The notes under the pieces were generated by a model. The model saw nothing but the letters and a program-made list of their open reading frames with translations. It was not told where the DNA came from and did no database searches. Shown here in pieces: positions 42,396 through 53,210 of a DNA stretch of 64,000 bases. This DNA is from Phormidesmis sp. (lineage in GTDB: Bacteria; Cyanobacteriota; Cyanobacteriia; Leptolyngbyales; Leptolyngbyaceae): contig CBDFJR010000005.1 of the NCBI GenBank assembly GCA_965248535.1, forward strand, positions 1,536,001 through 1,600,000. The letters run 5' to 3'. Made by a program: the position numbers and the translations under genes. Every line of letters begins with the position of its first letter. Position 1 is the first letter of the stretch.

Positions 42396-42583
42396 AAAAG
42401 CTATTGCTCCACGCGAAATTTACATCATTAGATTAAAACGGTCAGGACATCCTGACGCATCTAACCCTAGCGAGAATAATATCCGATCGAGACCCTATAA
42501 AGCTGTTTGGGCAAACACAACCGGATTCGGGAGATTGCACGATAGAATAGGAAAACTTGATTTTTCTACTGACCCCTACGGCG

Positions 42584-43102
42584 ATGAAGCACACCCTTTC
42601 TGTTCTGGTTGAAGACGAAGCCGGAGTTTTGTCTCGGATTGCGGGCTTGTTTGCCCGGCGAGGCTTTAATATCGAGAGTCTGGCGGTTGGCCCGGCCGAG
42701 CAGATGGGCGTTTCGCGAATCACGATGGTGGTGCCAGGCGACGATCGCAGCATTGAGCAGTTGACCAAACAACTCTATAAGCTGATCAACGTCATTAAGG
42801 TGCAAGACATTACTGAAGTGCCCTGCGTGGAGCGGGAGCTAATGCTGTTAAAAGTGAACGCGGGCAGCACCAGCCGATCGGAGATTGTCGAACTCGCTCA
42901 GATCTTTCGCGCCAGAGTCGTAGATGTGTCAGAAGACTCGCTGACGTTGGAAGTGGTGGGCGACCCCGGCAAGATGGTGGCGATCGTCCAAGTGCTCAAC
43001 AAGTTTGGAATTCGTGAAATCGCCCGCACAGGCAAGATCGCGCTGACCCGTGAGTCAGGCGTTAACACTGAATTCCTCAAGTCACTAGAAGCCAAAGTTT
43101 GA
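42584..43102 (+). CDS. ilvN: acetolactate synthase small subunit
   Basis: [48 protein letters not shown]. Confidence 0.95.
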   Translation: MKHTLSVLVEDEAGVLSRIAGLFARRGFNIESLAVGPAEQMGVSRITMVVPGDDRSIEQLTKQLYKLINVIKVQDITEVPCVERELMLLKVNAGSTSRSEIVELAQIFRARVVDVSEDSLTLEVVGDPGKMVAIVQVLNKFGIREIARTGKIALTRESGVNTEFLKSLEAKV

Positions 43103-43107
43103 GTTTC

Positions 43108-43842
43108 TCACTGACTTGCTTGAGGAAGGTAAGGGGTGCCGTTTTTCATTTCACCCGTGTAGCGTCTTCCATCGACGAAGACGATCGTGCCCCGGCCATC
43201 GGGTCGCCCGCCTCTAAGCTCTCCTGAATAGCTTCTGAAGGCAGACCCTGCCCGAAACGAGCATGATCCTCTCCCTGACAGGGCGCTGTTAAAGAAGACT
43301 CCTTGGCAGCGCGTTCCATTAGAGAGCGTAACCGTGCCGTTGCCATTGGCTTGCCCTAAATAGAAATCACCCGCGTAAACATTGCCGTTGCTGAAGACAA
43401 ACGTTCCGGTGCCGTGAGGGTGCCCACTCCGCATTTGTCCGCTGTAGCGATCGCCGTTGACAAAGCTAAAGGTGCCTTGACCGCTGGGCTGTCCATTTTT
43501 CATGCCGCCTTCATAGCGATCGTTGGTCGCAAAAAGAAACATCCCTTGCCCGTCAGGGACTCCATTTCGCACTTGCCCTTCATAGCGATTGTCGTTTTGG
43601 TAGACTAACACGCCTTGACCATTGGGGATGCCGTTGCGAATTTGTCCAGTGTAGTATTTATAGGGATTTGGGGCGGGGTTAATTGAAGAGTAGACACAAG
43701 TCCAGTCGCTGCCGGAGGTGCGTTCACAGTTGGGTCGCATTGTTTCGGCTCCATCTGCGTTGGCAGGCAGTGCGTGAAGCAGACTCATCAATCCTAAACT
43801 GGCAGACAGGGCGATACCAAAGGGTTTGTTATGAAGAAGCAT
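43108..43842 (-). CDS. exported MORN-repeat protein
   Basis: Signal peptide ending ANA, repeated Y.G...NG.P.GQG motifs; ATG 43842. Confidence 0.88.
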   Translation of the reverse strand: MLLHNKPFGIALSASLGLMSLLHALPANADGAETMRPNCERTSGSDWTCVYSSINPAPNPYKYYTGQIRNGIPNGQGVLVYQNDNRYEGQVRNGVPDGQGMFLFATNDRYEGGMKNGQPSGQGTFSFVNGDRYSGQMRSGHPHGTGTFVFSNGNVYAGDFYLGQANGNGTVTLSNGTRCQGVFFNSALSGRGSCSFRAGSAFRSYSGELRGGRPDGRGTIVFVDGRRYTGEMKNGTPYLPQASQ

Positions 43843-44056
43843 AGGGCAATCGATCCAGTCATAAGGTGAGTAAAAAGGCGGATCGACTCCCAAGAGATGA
43901 TCACACCAGCCGTGATTCAAGAATGCCCGAAGAGATTATTCAGGTAACGGCAACAGGTCACCAAACCTAAACAGTAGATAGCGGGATGATTCAATCATCA
44001 GCCAGACCCGGTTCAGATTCTCTTGATCGCGGCAGCTTGTTGCTGGCTCGACTTTA

Positions 44057-46495
44057 CTAAATTGGATAAGCGATCGTCACCCCCGATCCGCCATCTTCAT
44101 GAGCGGCTAACTCAAATCGCTGGATGCGGGGATGTTGCTGCAAAAACGCATGAACGCCCTGCCGCAGTTTGCCCGTGCCGTGACCGTGAATAATCCAAAT
44201 CGGGCCGCCGACTTCAGAAATCGCCCGATCGAGCAAAATTTCGGCATCGGCAACGCGGCTGCCGCGAATGTCAACGGTGTTACGTGACGTGCGAATCGCA
44301 GGCGCGGGAGGCGGCGGAGTTTTTTCCTCTGATCGGCGATCGTCCGGTTTACGCTCTTCTCGCTTGGCAGGTTTCTCGCCCGTCAACGACTCCACATCCT
44401 GCACGGGGACGGTCATCTTCATCAATCCAAAGCGCACGATCAACTCTTCATCATCTGAGACGCTGATCACTTCGGCCGTTTGGCCCAAGCGAGGAATGCG
44501 GACTTTATCACCCACCTGCGGACGAAATCCGGGTTTAGGTTTGGCAGGTTGACGAGAAGGAAGCTGCTTTTCAGCGATGCGGTTCAAAGCATCCGTGGCT
44601 TGCTGGGCATCTTGGGCGGTGACATTGCCCTTTTGCAGTTGGCGGATGACCTTTGCAATCTCGGATTTTGCTTCTGCGATCGCGTCTTGAACCGCTTTTT
44701 CTTGGGCTTGTTGCAGCGATCGCTCTCGTTCTTGGAGATTAGCGGCTTTATCGGAAACTTGCCGATAGAGTTGTTCAGCACTCTCTAGAATTTTTGCCGC
44801 TTCTTGGGCTTTGGTCTCTTGTCGTCGTCGCTGAGATTCTAAGCCTGCGATCACCTGGTTGACATCCTCAGATGCGCCACCCACCTGGGCTTGAGCGCGT
44901 TGAATCACGTCTTCGTTAAGTCCGAGACGACGAGCGATCGTCAGCGCGTTCGATCGCCCCGGAATGCCCCACAGCAGGCGATAGGTGGGAGAGAGAGAGA
45001 CATCATCAAACTCAACCGAGGCATTCTCAAAGCGATCGTCTTCATATTTCAGGGCTTTGAGTTCGCCAAAGTGAGTGGTCGCGATCGTCAAGGCCGTGTG
45101 TTCAGCGAGATATTTAAGAAGCGCGATCGCCAATGCAGTGCCTTCTGTCGGATCGGTTCCGGCTCCAACTTCATCTAACAAAACGAGAGAATTAGAAACG
45201 ATTGGATCAGAAACATCTTGTGACTTCACCGATTCATCCCCTGTCAGCGCATTCAAGATGCGACTGATGCGGCGAATGTGACCCGAAAACGTTGAGAGAC
45301 TCTGTTCTAGCGATTGCTCATCGCCAATATCGGCCAGAACTTGGTCAAACCACGGCAACTCGACAGGCTCACGAGCCGGAATAAACAGCCCCACTTTTGC
45401 CATCAAAATCGCTAAAGCAAAGGTTTTGAGCGTGACGGTTTTTCCGCCTGTGTTGGGCCCGGTGATCGCCACCACTTTGATTTGAGGCTGAATAAACACA
45501 TCGATCGGCACCACCGATCGTCCCTGCTCGTGCCGCTGTTGCCAAACCAGAAGCGGGTGCCGAAGCTGGCGCAGCGTGACGGTTTCAGGAGCGGCGTTTT
45601 CTGTCGCGACGTAGTTGATAAATCGTGGCGGATTGGCTTCTAACCAAAGGCTATAGCGGGCACGAGCCGTTGCCAAATCCACGGTAGTGCAGATCACGAG
45701 CAGTCTTTCTAAATCGTCTTGAACCGCAGACACCTGCTCAGTCAAGACACGCCGAACGGCTTCTTCTTCGACCTGTTCTTGCCGCTGTAGCTGTCGCAGT
45801 TGATTGTTAAACTGCACCGTTGAGTTTGGCTCAATATAGAGCGTCGCCCCAGTCATGGAGGTGTCGTGAACAATGCCCGGAACCGCATCTTTTTGAGGCG
45901 CTTTGACCGGAACGACATAGCGCCCGTCTCGCTGGGTGATCAGTTGCTCTTGCATCGCGTTTGCCTGACGCTGCATGAGTCGTTGCAAGACATCGTAGAC
46001 GCGATCGCGCAGTTGCTTTTGCTTGGCCCGAATCTCAGCTAATTTCGGACTTGCCCGCTCACTGACTTTGCCATCGTCGTTGATGCAGCGATAGATTTCT
46101 TGCTCAAGCTCAGGATAGGTGCGTAGCTCAGACACGAGATCAGTCAGGACAGGAATTTCTTCCTGATTATCGATCGTGCGTCGCAGCGTTCTCGCACCGG
46201 ATAGGGTGGTGGCGATCGCTAGCAGTTCGGCTCCTGACAAAATGCCTTGCAGGGCAGCCCGTTCGAGCGCTTCACCAATGTCGTCAATGCCGTCAAAACG
46301 CAACCCACTAGGCAGACGACTCTCTAAGCCATAGACTTCTTGAGTTTGCGCCAACAGCATCAAGGTATCTGCTTGCCGAACCGGAATTTTGAGCCGACGG
46401 GCGGCGATCGCCCCTAATTTTGTTGCGGCAAAGGTCGCTAAGTGCTGACAAAGGCGCGACCACTCCAATAGTTCTAAAGTCTCCGCTTGGATCAA
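44057..46495 (-). CDS. mutS2: endonuclease MutS2
   Basis: ITGPNTGGKT, DIGDEQS, LSTFSGH, DEVGAGTDP, C-terminal Smr (IHGHGTG). Confidence 0.95.
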   Translation of the reverse strand: MIQAETLELLEWSRLCQHLATFAATKLGAIAARRLKIPVRQADTLMLLAQTQEVYGLESRLPSGLRFDGIDDIGEALERAALQGILSGAELLAIATTLSGARTLRRTIDNQEEIPVLTDLVSELRTYPELEQEIYRCINDDGKVSERASPKLAEIRAKQKQLRDRVYDVLQRLMQRQANAMQEQLITQRDGRYVVPVKAPQKDAVPGIVHDTSMTGATLYIEPNSTVQFNNQLRQLQRQEQVEEEAVRRVLTEQVSAVQDDLERLLVICTTVDLATARARYSLWLEANPPRFINYVATENAAPETVTLRQLRHPLLVWQQRHEQGRSVVPIDVFIQPQIKVVAITGPNTGGKTVTLKTFALAILMAKVGLFIPAREPVELPWFDQVLADIGDEQSLEQSLSTFSGHIRRISRILNALTGDESVKSQDVSDPIVSNSLVLLDEVGAGTDPTEGTALAIALLKYLAEHTALTIATTHFGELKALKYEDDRFENASVEFDDVSLSPTYRLLWGIPGRSNALTIARRLGLNEDVIQRAQAQVGGASEDVNQVIAGLESQRRRQETKAQEAAKILESAEQLYRQVSDKAANLQERERSLQQAQEKAVQDAIAEAKSEIAKVIRQLQKGNVTAQDAQQATDALNRIAEKQLPSRQPAKPKPGFRPQVGDKVRIPRLGQTAEVISVSDDEELIVRFGLMKMTVPVQDVESLTGEKPAKREERKPDDRRSEEKTPPPPAPAIRTSRNTVDIRGSRVADAEILLDRAISEVGGPIWIIHGHGTGKLRQGVHAFLQQHPRIQRFELAAHEDGGSGVTIAYPI

Positions 46496-46685
46496 AGCTT
46501 AAAATTTTTGCTAAAGGCTACTCATCCCATTCTAGAAGGATGCGGTAGGAAGGATAGAAGAGGAATCTAGCAAGGGATAGATCTGATTTTTTAAGTGGTA
46601 GGTTTTGCTAAAATCTATATTGATATTTTTGGTAGATTAAACTATAACTACTAGAATAGAGATTCTTCCTTTTCGGGTTGCTATT

Positions 46686-47645
46686 GTGTTTACTACTCTT
46701 TCTTCTCCTAAAGTCGGGCTGCCTCGTGATTTATTTGGCGCGATCGCTGACCTCAAGCGTGAACTCAACGCCGTCGTTTTAGCGCACTACTACCAAGATC
46801 CTGATATTCAAGACGTTGCCGATTATTTGGGCGACTCATTGGGGCTAGCGCAACAAGCTGCCAAAACTGAGGCAGACGTGATTGTCTTTGCAGGCGTGCA
46901 TTTCATGGCAGAAACGGCGAAGATTCTCAACCCTAACAAGCTGGTTTTGCTGCCCGATTTAGAGGCGGGTTGTTCTCTTGCCGATAGCTGTCCGCCCGAT
47001 GCGTTTGCCCAATTTAAGGCAAAACACCCCGATCATTTGGTAATTTCTTACATAAACTGCACGGCAGACATCAAAGCCATGAGTGACATCATTTGCACTA
47101 GCGCTAATGCGGTGGCGATCGTTAATCAAATTCCTGTCGATCAGCCAATTATTTTTGCGCCCGATCGCAACCTCGGCCGATATGTGATGGAGCAAACTGG
47201 ACGAGACATGGTGCTCTGGCAAGGAAGCTGCATGGTGCACGAAACATTTTCTGAGAAAAAAATGGTGCAACTCAAGATTCAGAACCCTGAAGCCGAAGTT
47301 ATCGCCCACCCAGAATGCGAACCTGCGGTGTTGCGTCACGCTGATTATATTGGCTCGACAACGGCGCTGTTGAACTACTGCCAAAAAAGCGCCAGTTCAG
47401 CGTTTATTGTGGCCACCGAAGCCGGAATTCTTCATCAAATGCAGAAAGCGGCTCCTGGCAAAATGTTCATCCCCGCGCCGCCGATGAATAACTGCGCTTG
47501 CAACGAGTGTCCGCATATGCGCCTCAACACATTAGAAAAATTGTATTTGGCCATGAAGACGCGATCGCCAGAAATCACCTTGCCCGAAGCCACTCGTCTC
47601 GCTGCCCTGCGTCCGATGCAGCGAATGCTAGACATGAGCCTTTGA
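46686..47645 (+). CDS. nadA: quinolinate synthase
   Basis: LAHYYQ, GDSLGL, GVHFMAE, AGCSLA, YINC, AHPEC, CPHM. Confidence 0.95.
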   Translation: MFTTLSSPKVGLPRDLFGAIADLKRELNAVVLAHYYQDPDIQDVADYLGDSLGLAQQAAKTEADVIVFAGVHFMAETAKILNPNKLVLLPDLEAGCSLADSCPPDAFAQFKAKHPDHLVISYINCTADIKAMSDIICTSANAVAIVNQIPVDQPIIFAPDRNLGRYVMEQTGRDMVLWQGSCMVHETFSEKKMVQLKIQNPEAEVIAHPECEPAVLRHADYIGSTTALLNYCQKSASSAFIVATEAGILHQMQKAAPGKMFIPAPPMNNCACNECPHMRLNTLEKLYLAMKTRSPEITLPEATRLAALRPMQRMLDMSL

Positions 47646-47664
47646 CGGCTGCCTTCAGAGAAGC

Positions 47665-48711
47665 TCAACGAACTCGCACGAATCCGGCTTTGGCGATCGC
47701 TTCTTGCCCCTGCTCTGACAGCAGCAAATTCGCGTAGGCTTCTCCGGCCTGCTGCTCGGTGCCGCCGTTTTGCTTCACCACTACAAATAAGTTGCGGGTG
47801 ATCGGGTAGGTGCCATTTTGAAACGCCTGAATGTTTAACTGATTGCGTTGACTGGGACAATTTGTTACCAAAGGTTCTCGATAAGGCGGCACAAACTGAC
47901 CCGACAATTGCCCGATCGCTAACGGCTTAACGGTGCATTGAGGCACAACTTCAGGCGCAGACGCAAAATAAATGCCTCCCGGCGTGGCGGCGAGTTTTTG
48001 CAACGCTTGAGTTGTTGTCGAAACAACCTGCACGGTTTCTCCTGGCTGCTGCCCTGCAAGAACAGTTTCACCAAATATATTCTGAGCGCTGGACGATCGA
48101 AACAGCGGCACGATCGCCAGATTGGGGCCGCCGACTTCTTGCCAATTTTTGACTTGACCACTGTAGATGGCTTTTAATTGCTCGATCGTCAACCCTGGAA
48201 CATTCAGACCGGGATTCACTGCCACCGCCAAACCATCGATCGCGACTGGAATCTGCTTGAGGCTAAATCCTCGCTGCTGCGCCTGTTGATATTCTTGAGC
48301 CGAAACTGGACGCGACGATTGAGCAAAGGCAATTTGCCCATCTAACAGCATCTTGATGCCAGCACCTGAACTAGGTGGACTGCCGATCGGATCGACATAG
48401 CGCAATCGAAACTCTGGATGGGCCGCTTGCAGAACCGAGTCAACCGACAGCCGAACAGTTGCCCAAGAGGTGCTGCCTCCATAGCCAAACAACCCAGAAG
48501 GGAGCGGTTTAGCAGAGTTAGTAACCCCCGATGGATTGGGCTGACTCGACGAATTGGCTGAAGGACTAACGCTGTTTTGCGGATTAGGCGAGTCTGTCTT
48601 GCTTACATCCAAACCAGAGCGCTGCGTAAACCACCAAAAACCGCCGCCCAACAGCCCAGCCGTCACCAAGAAAGAAATAATTAAGGCAGGCGTTTCGTTT
48701 TTTTGAGACAT
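47665..48711 (-). CDS. membrane-anchored PstS-like (PBP2-fold) substrate-binding protein
   Basis: MSQKNETP anchor; GGSTSW, SGAGIKML, QSSRP, VAIDGLAVAV, YPITRNLF. Confidence 0.85.
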   Translation of the reverse strand: MSQKNETPALIISFLVTAGLLGGGFWWFTQRSGLDVSKTDSPNPQNSVSPSANSSSQPNPSGVTNSAKPLPSGLFGYGGSTSWATVRLSVDSVLQAAHPEFRLRYVDPIGSPPSSGAGIKMLLDGQIAFAQSSRPVSAQEYQQAQQRGFSLKQIPVAIDGLAVAVNPGLNVPGLTIEQLKAIYSGQVKNWQEVGGPNLAIVPLFRSSSAQNIFGETVLAGQQPGETVQVVSTTTQALQKLAATPGGIYFASAPEVVPQCTVKPLAIGQLSGQFVPPYREPLVTNCPSQRNQLNIQAFQNGTYPITRNLFVVVKQNGGTEQQAGEAYANLLLSEQGQEAIAKAGFVRVR

Positions 48712-48721
48712 AAAATAATTT

Positions 48722-50134
48722 TTATCGTTGAACCGGAACAAAATCAAAGCCAGAACCGAACCGATCGCCCTGCGCCACCTTTACAAGCTGAATGCCCACA
48801 TTGCGATCGCCCGATGGCAAAAATCGCACCGTCTCAGCCGCCCCCGTCGCCGAAAAATCTGGAGCCAGCAGCGCTTGCTGAACGCCCGATCGGGTCGGGT
48901 CACGCTGAAGGGCTACCGCTAATGCTTGCACTGCATCGTAGGAAATTGCGGTGCGCCAGTTGACATCGCCGCCCCACAGCGATCGCGACTTCTTTGCAAA
49001 GGCAGAACCCGGATTGCCATTAATATGCCACGGCACTGATACCACCATGCCGACGGCTTGCTGTCCGCCAACCTCTAAGGTTTTGGGCGCATAGACATCA
49101 TCACCGGCCAGGAGCGTCATCCGCCGCTGATTGACCTGCACCACCTGAAGCGCCTTGTCGAGGGTGCTTGTGTTGGGGGCAAGCATCAGCGCTTTTACTC
49201 CCTGCTTGAGGGACTGATCGACCGCGATCGCCGCGCTAAAATCAGGAGCCGATAGATCATATTCACCCAACACCTGCCCCCCCGCTAAAGCGATCGCTCG
49301 ACTAAATTCTGATTTGAGCGACTGACTGTAGGCACTTTGAGAATTGAAAAACACGGCGACATTTTTCTGCTGCAATGTTTTGACGGTGTAGTCTGCCAAA
49401 GCTCCCGCCGCAATATAATCACTCGGCACCGTGCGAAAAATATATTTCCCAAAGCCAGACAGCTTAACCGTCGTGCTGATCGGCGAGATGCACACCAGCC
49501 CACCAGCGTTGTAGACACTGCCAGCGGCCAGGGTCACATCACTGGCGTAGTGCCCCACAACTCCCAGCACCTCAGGTTTTTGCACTAAAACACTGGCCAA
49601 TTGTTGAGCGATTTCGGGATTGTTGTCATCGCTAACGATCGCCACTTTTAACGGCACCCCTTTGATGCCGCCCGCCTGATTGACCTCGCTCTGAGCCTGG
49701 GCCACACCTCGCAAAATCTCTAAGCTGCCGTTGGGGTCAGCGCTCACCGGAACGGCAACGGCGATCGTGTAAGACGGGTTATTGCCGATCCGAGCATTAT
49801 TGAGATAGATCAGCGTTTCGGGCGAGTTGCGAGATTTTTGAAGCGCCGACTCAAACGACGGCACAGCCCGATCGTATTGTTGAGCCACGATCGCCGCCAC
49901 TCCGGCTTGTTTTGCCTGAGCAAACGCGGGGTTATCGGTTCTGCTTTCTGAAGGCACTAAAATTCGGTCGCCTTGACTGATGCGATCGCGGGTCGATAAA
50001 TTTTGGCTAGGCGCGGCTAACGGGTCAAATTTGACGGGCGATCGCGGCATCAGCAGCCAAAACCCTGTCCCCAACAGTGCGCCCGTGATCAAAAGTGACA
50101 GAATCAGAACCGGAGTTTCGTTTTTCTGAGACAT
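48722..50134 (-). CDS. membrane-anchored LivJ-like (PBP1-fold) substrate-binding protein
   Basis: MSQKNETP anchor; RNSPETLIYLNNA, EILRGVAQAQ, VVGHYAS, FRTVPSD, VNWRTA. Confidence 0.85.
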   Translation of the reverse strand: MSQKNETPVLILSLLITGALLGTGFWLLMPRSPVKFDPLAAPSQNLSTRDRISQGDRILVPSESRTDNPAFAQAKQAGVAAIVAQQYDRAVPSFESALQKSRNSPETLIYLNNARIGNNPSYTIAVAVPVSADPNGSLEILRGVAQAQSEVNQAGGIKGVPLKVAIVSDDNNPEIAQQLASVLVQKPEVLGVVGHYASDVTLAAGSVYNAGGLVCISPISTTVKLSGFGKYIFRTVPSDYIAAGALADYTVKTLQQKNVAVFFNSQSAYSQSLKSEFSRAIALAGGQVLGEYDLSAPDFSAAIAVDQSLKQGVKALMLAPNTSTLDKALQVVQVNQRRMTLLAGDDVYAPKTLEVGGQQAVGMVVSVPWHINGNPGSAFAKKSRSLWGGDVNWRTAISYDAVQALAVALQRDPTRSGVQQALLAPDFSATGAAETVRFLPSGDRNVGIQLVKVAQGDRFGSGFDFVPVQR

Positions 50135-50155
50135 AGAGCAGCCAAGTAAGAAGAC

Positions 50156-51541
50156 TTATTGAGAGATGGGCACAAAATCATAGCCGATTCCAGTTTGAGA
50201 ACTGGGCTGAACCCGGACGAGAATCGCCGACCCATTGCGATCGCCCGATGGCAAAAATTGAATTCTTCCGGTTGCCCCTTGAGCGACAAACTCTGGGTTA
50301 GAAAACGCTTTTTGCAGCCCGTCTCGGCTCTCGTTTTGCTTCAATCCGGTCAAAATTACCTGCACTGCATCATAGGCCATCGCGGTTCGCCAGTTGACTC
50401 GCCCACCCCAATATTTATAGGCATTGGTTGAGAACGAATGGTCAGCGATCGCGCTGGGGTGCCAGACGACAGGCAGCAATAACCCATTAACATCGGCTTG
50501 CCCTAACTTGAGTGTGTTGATGGTGTAAAGCGTTTGGTTGCCCATCAGTTGCAGTTTGCCTTGATTGGTGCGAGCCACCTCGATCGCCGAGTTAGCTCGG
50601 TCTACCTGAGGCGATAACAACAACCCTTCTGCTCCACTGCTCACCGCTTTAGAAATCACCGTCCCAGGGTTAAAGTCGGCAGCAGAAAAGTCGCACCCAA
50701 TGTTGACAAACCGACCGCCTTCTGACGAGAGCGCCGAGATAAAGTTGTTGGTAAACGATTGACTGTCAGGAGATTTTGCATCTAAGCAAATCGCAATATT
50801 TTTCTGATTCAGGCGCTTAACCACATAGCGAGACAGCACATCGGCGGTGTAGCGGGTGCTCGGCACAACTCGATAGATATAGCTCCCCGCATTAGAGAGC
50901 GTGTCGGCGGAACTGGTGGGCGTGATCATCGGCAACTGCCCTTTTTGATAGATCGGAGCCGCCGCGATCGAGGCATCACTCGCGTTGTGTCCAACCACGG
51001 CTAAAACGCGGCTGTCTCTAGCAAATTCGGCCGCCACTTGTTTGGCAATCTCTGGATCGTTGTCGTCATTGGCGATCGCCACTTCTAAGGGCTTTTCGTC
51101 CTTGCGCCGATTTGCCTCATCTTGGGCTTGCGCTACGCCCCGCAAAATTTCTTGGGCCACATTGAGATTGCTGCCGATCGGGACGCTGACGGCAATCTTG
51201 ACCGCCGATCGCTGATCTCGCATCAATTGAGCATTGTTTAAATAAATCAGCGCTTCTGGATCGTTGCGGTTTCCCTGAATGGCTGCTGTAAATTGCTCGA
51301 TCGCCCGATTAAAGTCTTTAGCCGCAAAGGCCGAGACTCCGGCTTGTTTGGCTTGACTGCTGTTAGCAATAATTAGCCCTCGGCTGCCTGAGCTAATGCG
51401 CTCTCCGATCGTCGTTGGGGTTAGCAGAGATCCGCTAGTCGGTGCAAATTGCCCAATCACCCAATGCAGACCCACAAACAAAAGTGCTCCTGTGATCAAG
51501 AGCGCTAAAAACAGCGCCAGCATCTCGTTCCGTTTAGCCAT
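50156..51541 (-). CDS. membrane-anchored LivJ-like (PBP1-fold) substrate-binding protein, paralog of the adjacent gene
   Basis: MAKRNEM anchor; RNDPEALIYLNNA, EILRGVAQAQ, VVGHNAS, VNWRTA. Confidence 0.85.
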   Translation of the reverse strand: MAKRNEMLALFLALLITGALLFVGLHWVIGQFAPTSGSLLTPTTIGERISSGSRGLIIANSSQAKQAGVSAFAAKDFNRAIEQFTAAIQGNRNDPEALIYLNNAQLMRDQRSAVKIAVSVPIGSNLNVAQEILRGVAQAQDEANRRKDEKPLEVAIANDDNDPEIAKQVAAEFARDSRVLAVVGHNASDASIAAAPIYQKGQLPMITPTSSADTLSNAGSYIYRVVPSTRYTADVLSRYVVKRLNQKNIAICLDAKSPDSQSFTNNFISALSSEGGRFVNIGCDFSAADFNPGTVISKAVSSGAEGLLLSPQVDRANSAIEVARTNQGKLQLMGNQTLYTINTLKLGQADVNGLLLPVVWHPSAIADHSFSTNAYKYWGGRVNWRTAMAYDAVQVILTGLKQNESRDGLQKAFSNPEFVAQGATGRIQFLPSGDRNGSAILVRVQPSSQTGIGYDFVPISQ

Positions 51542-51677
51542 AGCCGATGCCACCCTTTAACGTGAGTCATGACTTGAGTTATCTCGTCACGATCGCAACC
51601 TTGTCAAATGCCTATAGACTAAGACTTCACGGGCTTGTGCACAAATTCCTCAAGAGTGTTTGCAGAATTTACGGACT

Positions 51678-53138
51678 TTAAAAAAAGTGGGTGAGAATTT
51701 TGTAAATCAGCCGAAATAGGGCAGTAATAGCGATCGCGCTCAGTGCTCCAAAACCCGCCAACACTGCCACCGCTAAAAACCCATTCCCCAACGCTAGCCA
51801 GGCAATCCCAGCGTGAAGAACGGGCAGAAATCCAATCACCAAAAACGTAATCCCCGCCAAAATCACCAGATCAACTTTCTCAATAATTCGGCGCGACTGA
51901 GCCACGACTAAACCCACGGCGATCGCCAGCCAAAGCACTGCGTTGATCGGAGACGGAATCGGCAGACTGAAGAGTGCGATCGCCAGCAATGCCCCCTCAC
52001 AGCCCGTAAATGCCGCACCCCCCAATAGCTCCAAAATAGAAAAAGACTGCACCGACGATCGCGGCCGAAGGGGTGAACTCGACACCGGAGCGGGCAGAGG
52101 CGGTGGAGAACTCGATACCGCAACCGGGACAGGCAGAGACGTAGGGCTGCTAATCGGCAGAAGAGGAGACGGCGGCTGAGACAATGATGGACGAACGGCT
52201 AGAGCCTCTAACACCTCTGTAGCCGACTGAAATCGTTGCTCAGGCACGGGCAGCAGCATCTTATCGAGCACATCGGCCAGGGTCTGGCTCGTCTGCTCAT
52301 AGCTCCGCCATTTCCAAGAGTTGTTATAAGCATTAAATAGCTCTGGGGGCTGCTTTCCAGTCAGTAGCACAATGCAAGTCACCGCCAACGCATAGAGGTC
52401 AGTAGACGGATAGACTTCATCGCCCGAAACCTGCTCTGGAGGGGCAAACCCTAATGAATAGATGCTTGTGGAGACCTTCGAGCCGCCTGCGGCTTTGGTG
52501 GCATATTTCACGGCCCCAAAATCGAGCAGATAAAGCCGCCCACTCAAGTTTCGCATCACGTTAGAGGGCTTGATATCTCGATGGATTGAGCCATTTTCGT
52601 GAACGAATCGTAAGACTTTTAGGGCTTCCTTGAGCACATCTAACACCTCAATCTCAGAAAATTTGCCCTGCTGAATCAGCTTTTCCTCTAACGTCTCTCC
52701 GTCAATAAATTCTTGCACGAGATAAAAGAATTTCTCGTCGGTTGCCTGGTGAGGGCTAGGAATCGACAGTTCAAAAAAGGCAAACAAATCGGGAATCTGA
52801 GAATGCTCTCTGCCCAACTGTTCTAGCGCTTCGGCCTCTCGCTCAAACAGGTCTTGAGCCATCTTTAGCTGGTCGGGCGTGAGCCGACCCGACGGCTGAA
52901 ACTGCTTGACCACACACTGCCTTAACCCCGGCGTGTAGCGATCGCGGGCCAAAAATGCGGCTCCAAAGCCTCCCTGACCGAGCAGCTTGGTTGGCAAATA
53001 GCGGTCAGCCAGAATCAGCGACATGCCGCAGTTGGTGCAAAATTTTTGCCTGACGGTTTTCAGCGTAGTGAGGTTGTCTAGATCGTCAAAAAAGTTAGTC
53101 GGTTTTGAGCAACCCGGACGGGTGCAATAAAGCTGCAT
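51678..53138 (-). CDS. Hanks-type Ser/Thr kinase with N-terminal 4-Cys ribbon and polytopic membrane C-terminus
   Basis: YCTRPGC...FCTNCG, GQGGFG, VVKQF, HRDIKPSN, DFG, APPEQ, DLY; Pro/Ser linker; ~4 TM segments. Confidence 0.92.
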   Translation of the reverse strand: MQLYCTRPGCSKPTNFFDDLDNLTTLKTVRQKFCTNCGMSLILADRYLPTKLLGQGGFGAAFLARDRYTPGLRQCVVKQFQPSGRLTPDQLKMAQDLFEREAEALEQLGREHSQIPDLFAFFELSIPSPHQATDEKFFYLVQEFIDGETLEEKLIQQGKFSEIEVLDVLKEALKVLRFVHENGSIHRDIKPSNVMRNLSGRLYLLDFGAVKYATKAAGGSKVSTSIYSLGFAPPEQVSGDEVYPSTDLYALAVTCIVLLTGKQPPELFNAYNNSWKWRSYEQTSQTLADVLDKMLLPVPEQRFQSATEVLEALAVRPSLSQPPSPLLPISSPTSLPVPVAVSSSPPPLPAPVSSSPLRPRSSVQSFSILELLGGAAFTGCEGALLAIALFSLPIPSPINAVLWLAIAVGLVVAQSRRIIEKVDLVILAGITFLVIGFLPVLHAGIAWLALGNGFLAVAVLAGFGALSAIAITALFRLIYKILTHFF

Positions 53139-53210
53139 ACAGACGATCGAGGGGCATTTAAGATCTAAATTAGCTTACGATCGCCCGCCTCAGGCGATTT
53201 TTTGAGATCT

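Noticed and set aside
47665..51541. Phosphate or branched-chain amino acid ABC transporter operon
   Set aside because: No permease or ATPase genes are adjacent, and the N-termini are shared atypical anchors.
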